Below, in pieces: positions 1 to 11,700 of a stretch of 64,000 nt of DNA. Origin of the DNA: an uncultured archaeon (lineage in GTDB: Archaea; Aenigmatarchaeota; Aenigmatarchaeia; CG10238-14); contig CAYMPD010000001.1 in assembly GCA_964392445.1 (NCBI GenBank), positions 1-64,000 on the forward strand, given 5' to 3'. The translations under genes and the position numbers were made by a program. How positions within the stretch are numbered: the first letter of the stretch is position 1; the number at the start of each line of letters is the position of its first letter. The notes beneath the pieces are model-generated. The model was not told the DNA's origin. It was given only the letters and a program-made list of their open reading frames with translations, and ran no database searches.

Positions 1-15
1 ACGCTCTTCCGATCT
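1..15 (+). other. Illumina TruSeq adapter remnant (technical artefact at contig end)
   Basis: ACGCTCTTCCGATCT is the exact 3' end of the TruSeq universal adapter/Read 1 primer (...CGACGCTCTTCCGATCT) and sits at position 1. Confidence 0.93.
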
Positions 16-3000
16 ATCTCTAATAGAACTGTATCAACTCTTATGTCGTCAGTTATGTTCGCTATAATTGTAGCCTCTTGGCTTCTGTTCACTGGATTTG
101 CGATTATTGATACAAATGACGGTGGGTTAACATCCGTATAATTCACTGAGTCCATTTCTAAATCAGAAACTGTAACCAGATCATAAGTACCATAAACTCT
201 CATATCTTTAAGCCCAGAATCAATTCCAATAGGAGTAGTACAATTAACTATCCAGTAATTATTGTTATAATCAAATGAGGATGAGGTAACTAAACATGTA
301 TTTTCTTGCACATCAGCATCCCAACTCACACCTTGATTTATTAACTCTCCATGCTCTGATGCATTAACATGTATCTCTAATGCATCTCCTGGTGTTAATG
401 TGGTTATATTAGAAGATGTTGGGTTTAATACATCCACTCCAAATGATATCACAGTTAAGTTAACGCTTACATTTCTTTGGGGGGTAGTTCCAGTTGAATC
501 TATAGTTATATTTCCTAAATAATTTCCTAATTCTGATGAATTATATTCCACATTAATTGTTTCTGAAACAGATGCCTCCAAGCTAAGAGTTGAACTATCA
601 AGAGAAATATGATCTGAGATATTCCCATTAACTGTTAAATTAAAATCGAGTAATGTATTTCCACTATTTTCCAAAGTCAATGCCCCAACTACACCAGATA
701 TTCCCAGACCAACTGTGGTTGAAAAGCTTGAGGGAGAAACAGACCAAGTTTTATTTTCAGGAACTGTAACAATAAACGGCATCTCATCACTAATACCTGA
801 CGGAGATCCGGTTATATTTGATATTATATTCATGAAATAAGTAGTAGCAACTGTTCCTCTTGGTATTGAAAGTGATAAGTTTATCTCTCTTGTATTCGGT
901 GGTGTCAACGAACTAATAGTATTTGGATCAAGTGTCACATTAAAAGCTGAACATTTTGCACCTGTACAATTTACCTGAATATCATTCGCTGGAGAGTTTC
1001 CTGTTGATTCTAAAATTATATTTCTAGAAGTACTTTGACCATCATCCAATTCCAAACTCAAAGAACTATTTTTAATTTCTATCACCGGACTAGATTCCAC
1101 CGTTACACCAAGTGTTGTTGAGTTTTGACCTAAAGTATTGTCTGGATTAGTCCAGTTAGAATATATTCCAATCTCATAGTATCCAAGTGATGTTCCATTG
1201 ATTACAGTAATATTTGTCGAGTTCGAAATTGATGTCCCTGAAGTTATATTATTGAAATAAAGAATTGATGGCTCGGCTACTAAAGCCGATGGAAGATCAA
1301 AAGATATATTGGGGCTATAAGCTCCTCCTAGTCTAACATTATCTAATGTTAAATTTAATTCAAAAGATTTATTTGTTGTTTGTGTAACACCATGAACTGT
1401 TTTTGTTGTTGGTGATTTTTCAATTAAAAGACTTGTATTTGTAATAACATTAAAACTATGTTCTGACGACTCGTTTAGTGAATTGGTTGTATCATTAGCG
1501 TAAACTACTATGCTGTGAGTTCCTGATGATGAAGGAGTATAAATCTTTTCCCACCACCCACCCGAATAAACATCACCAGATCTAAGACTCATTGGGAAAC
1601 TTTCACTACCATTATTTGTTATATTAACCCAAACTTTATCAACTTGGATATTGTCAGAAACATAGGCTGATATATTAACTGTACCGTGATTAATATCAAG
1701 TACACTTGGACTAGCAGTAACATTTTCTATTGTTGGTGGAGGTTCAATAACATTCATATAAATCCAAGTATGTTTAACATCCGAAGAATCGTCTGCTCTG
1801 TAAATTTTAATGTCCATGATCGTATTACCGATATAAGGAGTACTATAATAGAAAGTGTTATTGAAGTCTTCTTGTTTTCCAATATCCACTTCTTCAGTGT
1901 AAGTTGAAAGATAAGTACAGTCAGAATCTGGTGTATGGTTGGTACAATCTGGATAAACTGTCGCTCTTACTTTCAAACTCATGTTCATATTTCCTTGGTT
2001 AACCAGCCTTATTACAAAATTATCATATGTTCCCTTTAAAACAGTTAAATTGTAAGTATCTGGAGTTCTATTCCAAGAATAATCAGTAGGTACAGTTATA
2101 TTTAATAGGACATTGTCCCAGCAATTTGATGATGGGGAACAAACAGAACCGGTAGCGTTAGCAGTTACATTAGTCTGATAATTTCCACCATCTTGACCAG
2201 TTGGAACAGAAACATTAACATCAATAACTTCATTGGTCTCTGCTAAAAGTAATGGTATATAACTTCTTGGTGAAAATGTCACCCAGTCAGAACTAATATT
2301 CCCATCATCACTAACATTAATTGTAATCCCATTCAGATTATTACCAGAAGCACGAATAGTGAAATTGCCCGCTTCTCCAGTTACTCCCTCATCTATTGAA
2401 TTGGTTATTGCGTTTTCAAGTATGTTTAAAGAAGCTGGAGGTAATTGAATGTATAATTCGGTCTCATTTTGAATATTATTTAATGTATTATTTGGATTCT
2501 TCCAAGTTCCATTACCATAAACCCAATGTGTAAATGCGGCTGCTTCATCTGTGATATTAACTGTGAAATTATAGTTACATGATGAGTTAGGTTCTATGTT
2601 ACCACAATTATAAGTCTCGGTGTCATCAGCAACAAATCCATATTGCTCGAGTATTATTGTAAGATTTGCATCATACATTGTTGCATTTCCTGTGTTGTTA
2701 AGAGTTAAATTAACAGAGATTTGGGTATTGATTTCTGCATCAATATAGGTTGGTAGTTGATACATAGGTCCGGTTGTTGTTGCTACAGCATTGAATTCAT
2801 CTAACCAGGAAGATTGTATATTGTTAGAAGTATCATTAACAAAAATTGTTATATTATGTATTCCATCTGTAGTCGGCGTGTAATTTAAGGAGTAAGTATT
2901 ACCTGAATGCGAAGTCATTGTAATATTTTGATCGGTTTCATTTGGAAATAATATCCTTGCCCAAACTTTGGAAACATTAATATTATCAGTCACATCTGCT

Positions 3001-5700
3001 GTTATATTTAAAGATTGGTAATTAACATCAAGAAGCGTATCATTCAAACTTGTGTTTTCTATGGTTGGTAAAATGTTATCAATGACATTCAAAATGATTG
3101 TGACATTTCTCTGTGTTGGTTCTAAACTGGAATTAGTTATTGAAACTATTGTATTGTAACTGCCGGGTTGCTTGTTTATTGGTATTGTGTAATTGCTTGT
3201 TATATTGTGGCTGTAATTTGATAATGTTTGATCCTCAAGAGTAATTGTTTCATTTATGTTGGAGATATCTAACATTGTTGTTGTGTTGAAATCGTCTTCT
3301 GTTATATTGAATTTCATCTGAATATTACCGATATTTATTATTGTAAGATTAGTCAATGAACCTGACGTATTAACATAAACATCTTCTGTTATATTTTCGG
3401 GATTCAAAGTCCATGATGTATTTTCAGGGACTGTGACAGTTATGTTCAAATATTTCCAACAACTATCCAAAGGTGAACAAGTGGATGTAGTAGCGTTAAC
3501 TAGATATTCGCTTTCATAAACACCCTGATCATATCCCATTGGTACAGTAACATTAATTGTGACTGATTTGTTCTCCCCTGCACTCACAGAATTAATTGAA
3601 GTTTCTAAAAATCCAACCCAACTATCCGTTAGATTTCCGCTGATTTTGTTTATTTCTATTGCACCGATTTTGTAATTTCCAGTAGAGTTAATATCAAAGT
3701 ATCCCAAATCTTCTGAAGTTCCGTGCTGTATTGAGGACGTGAAACTATTATTAGTTATATTCAAAATAGGATTTCTAGTAACATTAACAACAGTATTATT
3801 TCTGGTGAATGATTTTGTATCATCTAAATTCTTCCACTTACCAGTTCCATTAATTGTGTAATTGCTATCACTGATAGTGGCAGGAACAGTTATGTTGTAA
3901 TATTTGGTACAAATTTCCCCGGCGGATATTGAACCGCACTCTCGTGACTCATCTGGTTCCCTAACCCACCCCGATAAAAGTTCCGTGTCTATTTTTGCAT
4001 TATTAGCTGTTGCGTTTCCTGTGTTTCTCAGTGTTAAATTTAATCTGAAAGTAAATGCGTAATCTTGCGTCACATTTGAAAGTACGAAATATTGAGGTTG
4101 TTCTAGAACAAGTCCTGTTGTGTTACCATAAGTCCTAAAGGTTCCCATCCATGAATCATTCACTTGATTAGATGTATCATTAGCAAAAACAGTAAGATTA
4201 TACAAATCTGACTCTGAAGCATTATAAGTTGTTTGATATGTATTTCCACTCACTAAATCTAAACTAACATTCTCAGGACTTCCATCTGGTTTGGTTATAT
4301 TTACCCATACTTTAGAAATAATATCGACAACATCCACTTGGATAGTTACGTTATCATTCATACCCAAATCACTTGGTGTTATACTCGTATTATCAAAAAA
4401 TGGTGGTTTAGTATCTTCGACAAGAAAAGTTGTTGTATTTGTAGCTGATTGCTGATTAGTGTCATTTGTGAAAACTGAAATATTCCAAGTTCCTACTGAA
4501 GCTGTTTCATATAACATTGATGTTAAATTGGTTTCATATAACCATTGATCTGATATGTTTGAAAGATAGGTCATGTTAACATTTTCAACTTTATTAACAG
4601 ATTGATTATTTGTTATGTTAATTAGAACTGAGTCAATAATATACTCTTCATCTGGTTTGGTTACATTTACCTTCACAATAACGTCATCTCCTAATTCAAA
4701 GGTTGTTACCTCATCTATTGTTGTGTTATATGTCTTTGGAATTTTTATCAGAAGATTAGAATCAAAAGTATCTATCCAACTAGAATTTAAATTATTGGAA
4801 GTATCATTAACATAAATCGTTGCATTGTATGTTCCACTCATGGATAATTTGTAAGAGGTATTGTAAATATCTCCCAAAGGATTAGCTAGTGTGACATTTT
4901 CTTCATCGGAATTTGGTTTTGTTACTAAGACCCAAACACTCGAGATGTTTGTATTATCCGTTATATTCGCTTCTAATGTAATATTATTGTTCACAATTAT
5001 TGAAGATGGACTAACACTTTTGGATATTATTTGTGGTTTAGTTGTATCCTGGACTGTAAAAGTAGTGGAATTTACTCCTAAATTACTCCCAGTATCATTA
5101 GCAGAAATGTTTATTTGCCATTCTCCCAAAGAAAGGGTTAAATTTTCCATTGTTGTGAAATTATACTCATATGTTTTTTGATCCCCTGTTGTTAATTGAA
5201 GACTCATTTCTGTATTCTGGATTTTAATCTCTGGTTCTGGGTTTGTTAAGTTAATCAAAACTTTATCAATATCGTAAGATTGTTCTGGGTCTGTGACATT
5301 AACTCTAACCACTACCGTGTCCCCAACTTCAAAGGTCGTATTTTCATCTATTGATGTGTTATATGTTTTCGGCTGATTAATCACAAAATTGGATGTAACA
5401 GAACCAGCACTTGTAGAATTAATATTGTTGAATGTGTCATTCGCATATATACTAATATCATAATTCCCAGTCATATTTATTCTGTAAACTTTATCGTAAG
5501 TATCTCCTGAAGCATGAGTTAGTGTGATGTTCTCTTCATCAGAATTCGGTTTTGTAATTACAGCCCATACTCTAGAAATATCGGCATTATCAGTAACATT
5601 CGCTTCAATAGTAATATTATTATTAACATTCAATGTGGTAGGATTTATTCCTGTATTTACAACAACTGGGTTTTCTGTATCATTTGATTCAATTTTGAAT
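16..5700 (-). other. Tandem Ig-like / CARDB-like repeats forming the distal part of the giant protein
   Basis: Repeating units such as NITIEANVTDN..ISRVWAVITKPN..YDISIYANDT and LNLTLRNTGNATA...CGSI.AG, LNFTLENSGN. Confidence 0.72.
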
Positions 5701-8700
5701 TGTTGGTTTGAGAGATGGGGTACCAAAATCTTAAAGTAATCTTTTAGACTGTTAGAATCGGTATCATTATAACAAGAGTACCAAATATCTGAGCCGATTG
5801 TTTTAGAAGAGTAATTTTTTTCTGTTTCTGACACTGAATTAGCACACTTATTTGTAATATTTAAATCGACCCAATCACTACCATTATACCATCTCAATTT
5901 TTCAGCCTTAGAAATAAAATTACCATCACTCACATCTATTTCCGCAGTAATATTATAGAACTTATAGTCCCCTGTATCTGGTGATACTGACCCATTTGGG
6001 AAATATCCTGTGATATTGAATAATTTATATTCAACCAAACCTGATGTATGCTGATCACCTTTTTCTCCATATACTTCTATCTCCTGAGCACCTGAATACC
6101 CTCCACCCTCATAGGTTGTGTCTACACTAAAGTTAATTGAAGACGCCCAAATATTTTCTGATAAATTGTATTGGTTCAAATCTGTATTGTCCTCAAGAGT
6201 TAAATTTTGTGAAGAACCATCGTTAAAGTATAAGGTCATATTCTCAATAGAATTTGTAGGCATGTTCGCCCATTTGATGTGTGAAATGTAGTAGGTATCA
6301 TTAAATTGAATTTTTATCCATGGATCGGTATCTGTAGAAATTGAAGACCAAGCATCATCTGTTTCATTTCCAACAACTCCATCAATTGCATTTTCCTTTG
6401 AATAAAGTTCTGAAGATGCTGATATAACTGTTCCACCATTAGTTGATAGAGCTATGTTTTCTGTTTCCGTGAGCTCTACTATTTTTTTAACTGGTTTTCC
6501 AATACTCAGAATATTGGTATTAACAGAATGATTTGCCCATGTTCCATTACCGGATTTATCAAATGTTTCTATGTTATCCAAAGAACAATAAGCATTTCCA
6601 TTCTGGTAAAGAATTGTTTTCGAAGAATCATCTATCTCACAAGATGTTGAAGAATTATTTATCAAAAATCCAGCTAGTTCTAAATCGAATGATGGTGCTG
6701 AGATATTACTATAATAAGTTGCTTTATCGATAACAATATCATTGGTAAAACCGGTATCATTCATCCACCAGTCTTTCCCCAAGATATTTGAAGATTCATC
6801 AGTTTCGTATTTTAAAGTTAAATTATCCAACCTTACTATACCCGAATCTTGAACTGTTATGTTTATGGAAACGTCTCCATCACAAAATCCGTTTATATCT
6901 TGTACACAACTCGATAAATAGGAATTTATTGATGGACTTAAATCAGATGTTTTATTTGTTATCTTAAATTTACCAGTTTGGTTCCACTCCTCTTCTCCAC
7001 CATTAATATTCAATGATACATTAGACGGGAATTGTCCCATTGTGTAAGATATATTGACTTCCTCCAAAGTAGGTGTATTACTCGTATTAGTTGTTGTTAG
7101 ATTAGCTCTCCATTTTATGTACAATGAATCTGAGACACCAGTAAGTTCACTATTATTATTTACAAATACATCTGACCAGGATGACCAAGTTGAATTATCA
7201 TCGGATGTTGTAACTTGAAATGTTACGTTTGTTCCATCTGATATATTCTCGCTCCAAGTTATATTACCCCAATTTGCTGTCATATTAGCTTTGAAGGATT
7301 TTGATTCAAGGAGACCTTCTGTATTATATGCGAAATCAGATCCATCATATATCTGCCAATTATCAGTTACAGAATATTCTCCAGCAGTGTCGTCATAATG
7401 AACTATGTGAGGTTTTAGATCAGATTGACCTGAATCATGGGTTGAATCATAAAGCTGTGTCCATGTACTAGAAGCTGTTTCTTTGTAATAATATGTTGCT
7501 CCAGTGGCTTTTAACACAACTTTAACATCGTACATTGTCCCTAATGTATAATCCTCACCCGTATCACCTCTACTGGATCCATCCTCATAAATGTAAAAAT
7601 TACCATTGCTAAAGTAAATAGCATACGGCATATCAGTATAACTTACACCAGCACCTGTATCCTTCCAGCCAATCATCATTCTTGCTCCAGACATTCCTGT
7701 AGCTCTAGCTTGGAAAGTTCTATCGGCTACAATTGTCCAATCATCATTTGTGTTAAGGTAATTATCCCAACCATTGGCATCATTTAACAAAGTTATGTTC
7801 TCGTTCTGCGTGACCGTCCCTCCTCCATAATCAAATCTTGTTTCGTTTATCGTTGATCCAGCAAAATCTTCTGCAAAAATTACATTATTAGTTAACTCGA
7901 CATCTCCACTTTCAACTGGATATAAAATATCTCCCACTGTTGTTACATTTGTTTTATTTCCAATATCAAAATTGCTTTTTGAGGTCTGTGTCCAAGTATT
8001 TTCTTCTCCACCCCCACCACCTGTATTATCCATTCCAGTTATGTTAAGGTAACAACTAGTTACAACTGCATTTTTAGGTAATCTTAATCTAATAGTTTGA
8101 TTAGAAACAGGTGATGAAAAGTTTATATCCTCTATAACATTATTTGTTGAAAACATATCTGTTGAACTAATTACAAAACCAGTTGAATTCATAGTATTTA
8201 GAGTGTCACTAATATAGATTCCAGATAAAGTGTTTTCTGTTAATTGAATGTTGTTTGAAGAATATCCTCTTGCTGTTAAACTTAAATTTCCAGGGGAATC
8301 TCCTAATTGAACTGTATAATTATACTCCCATAAATCAACCGAACCATCAGTCCCATTTGCCATTTCATAGGTTTTTGTTGATGAATCTGAGAATGTTAGA
8401 GTTATGTTGACAATATTCATGTAATCTTGGTTGGAAGTTTCATTTACTCTTATGTTTATTATGTCTCCTTTTTTGTAGGGGTTTACTTGAGGATAATCTT
8501 CTTCGTCTAAAATATTTATGGCAGCATTATTGCTTAAAGCAGAGACTTTGAATTGCTGATTTGATAGATGTGGTATCAAAATCTTAAAGTAATCTTTTAC
8601 CCCATCCCCATCAGTATCATTATAACAAGAATACCAAACGTCTGAGCCGATTGTTTTTGATGCATAATTATTTTCTGTTTCTGAGACCAGATTAGCACAT

Positions 8701-11700
8701 TGGTTTGTAATGTTTAATTCAATCCAATCAGTTCCATTATACCACTTCAAAGCTTCAGTGCCAGCTGTAAATAAGGTGTCATATGCATCTACTTCTGTAG
8801 TAATATTATAGAACCTATAGTCCCCTGTATCTGGTGATACTGTTCCGTTTGGAAGATAACCTGTGATATTGAACTTCTTTACTATGTTTCCTGTTTCTGT
8901 CACTTGATCTCCTTTTGTCCCATAAACTTCTATCTCTTTAGCACCAGCATATCCAGCACCGTGATAGGTAGTATCTGTAGAGAAATTGATCCAAGAAGTC
9001 CAAACTTTTTCTGATAAGTTGTATTGATTTAAATCCCCATTATTTTGTAATGTTATAGTTTGATTGTACCCATCACTAAACTGAAGAGTGAGATTTTCAA
9101 TAGCTTTCCCTACCCTATTCGCCCATTTTATATGTGAAATGTAGTAGGTATCATTAAATTGAATTTTTATCCATGGATTAGTATCAGTTGAATTTGATTT
9201 CCATGATTCTCCTGCAGAATCACCCACTGTTCCGTCGATAGCGTTTTCTTTTTCATAACTTGACATTTCCGATGAAACTGATAAAGCTGTTCCACCATTT
9301 GTCGACAAAGCTATGTTATCTAGTTGTGTGGTTTCAACACTTTTTTTAACTGGATATCCATTTGCCAGAACACTGCTACCAACCCTGTAATTACCCCACG
9401 TACCACCTGAAGTGTGATCAATCATTTTTATAGTATCCAAAGGACAGTAAGCATTTCCATTCTGGTAAAGAATTATTTTCGAAGAATCATCTATCTCACA
9501 AGATGTTGAAGAATTATCAATTTTAAATCCTGTAATATCCAAATCTACTGAAGGTTTAGTTGAAGTATTTTTATAATAATTTGCTTTATCAATAAGAGTA
9601 CTTGCCGTAAAACCAGTATCATTCATCCACCAATCAATAACTGAAAACACACTGGATTCATCTGTCTCGTATCTTAAATCCAAAGCATTCAAAGAAACTT
9701 TACCAGCTGAAGCAGAAGATATATTTAATGGGATATTTTGATCACAAAATCCATCTCCATCGTCTTCACAGGTTGTTAAATATGAATCTATTGCAGAGCT
9801 AAAATCGGATGTAATGTTAGTATTGGTGAGTTCACCTGTTTGATTCCATTCATATGATTGATATTGGGTTCCGACATCAAGAGTTACATTTGTCGGATAT
9901 TGAGCTTCCTCTTCAGATCCATAAGTTATAAACTGATCTGACATTGAAAGATAAGAAGTATTTATCCAATCTGCGGTTCTTGATGTATTTGAAACTTGAA
10001 CTTCATCTATTGTACCATTGAAAAATTCCTCAAATCTATTAGTTCCCATCTTCAAAGGAAATAAATTACTCAAACTTTCAATCTTTGTATAGCTATCTGA
10101 AACCATATCAATTCCATCTAAAAATAATCTGTGACTTGAGTTTGTTCTGTTTACATCATATGTAACAAAATACCATTTTTGTTCGGAAAGAGGAGTTTCA
10201 ATATATTCCCCTCCTGTTCCGTCATCGAATGATCCCCTTATCAAAGAATTTGTAGAGTTTCTTATTTTCTCAATAATCAACCAATTTTCATTTGCCAGTG
10301 TTTGGGCATCACAATCTGTTCCATTAACCCTCTGTATAAACAACTCCACATAATCTCCTTCATTCAAATGGGTAATGGTTGTCGCATGTGTTGACTCATC
10401 GTCACCGTTACTAATTCCCCTAAGATACGCTCTATTTGCGCTCGGTACTATCTCTGTGTTACCGTTCTTCTTTAACCATGTCCTATATATCTCTCTTGCA
10501 CTTTCTAAACTTGCCTGATGAAACCCAGAAGTGTATGATATTCTGTACCATCCAGTTTCGTTCACATAGACTCTGCTTGGATTGCTACCTGTATTATGAG
10601 TGTAAATTTTATCTGCTTTCGTCTGAGATCCAAATTGAACAGCAGTCGCCCCTCCACTAATATCTAACCCCCCATCAGAATCGTAGACTTGGATTATATA
10701 ATCATCCACCTTTTCAATTAACATCCAATTTTTGTTTGCAAGGGTAACGGTGTCTACACCTTCACCATGATCCATAGCACTCATGAGCTCTATGTAATCA
10801 CCATCTTCTAAATAAACAAGTGATGTGCCTTCATTGGAGTTCATAGCCCCTTCTCCACTCGCATAATCCTGATCTGCGCGATTGTAGTTCCTTGTTTTAC
10901 TTGGATTTATAGTAGTATCACCGTTTTTTCTCAGCCAGTTGGCTACAATATGTCTTTCACTCCCAGAAGAACTAGTACTTTCATAGTTACAAGCATATGA
11001 AACCTTATACCATCCTGTTTTATTCACATAGACTCTGCTTGGATTGCTACCTGTATTATGGGAATATATACTATCCACCCTTGTCTGAGCATTGAAATTT
11101 ATTGCTATTGTTCCATCAGCCACATCCTGTCCTCCATTGGTATCGTAAACCTGTACTACCTTTTCTGTAACTTCTTCTGCTAATATCCAACTTTCATTAA
11201 CAATTAAAATAGAGTCAGCGTCTGGTCCGTCAATCCTCTCGCTAACCAACTCCAGATAATCACCACTCTCTAAACTCAGAATAACAGTTCCCGAAGAACC
11301 TGCCTGATCACCAACATCATCAGAACTCGACACGTAACCTCTAGCATAACTCATGGTGGCGCTGGGTGTTATATTGGTATCGCCATTTTTTCTCAGCCGA
11401 ATCTCTCTAATATTCCTCACATTAGTTGTACCAATTTCATAATTAAGGAAGGATGAGGCATAAGATACCCTATACCATCCTGTTTTATCTATTTGGACTC
11501 GGCTAGGATTGTTTGAATTGTCATGAGTATAGATGTCATCCTTTCTTGTTTCAGCATCAAAATCAATTGGGACTCCACCAGAAACATCCTGTCCACCAGA
11601 ACTATCTTGTGACAATATCTCATTCATTCCATCTACAAATGAAAGTTCAAACCCGACTCCAGTGCTGTTTTTCTTTTCTAAGATTGAACCAGAACCATCA

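Larger units (their letters stand above)
5700..9890. repeat. Duplicated ~1.3-kb block (about 8570-9890 vs 5700-7030) with near-identical tracts
   Basis: Shared tracts include 9448-9517 vs 6589-6658, 9121-9178 vs 6268-6325, 8808-8850 vs 5953-5995, and 8575-8660 vs 5720-5805; offset ~2855 bp. Confidence 0.88.
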
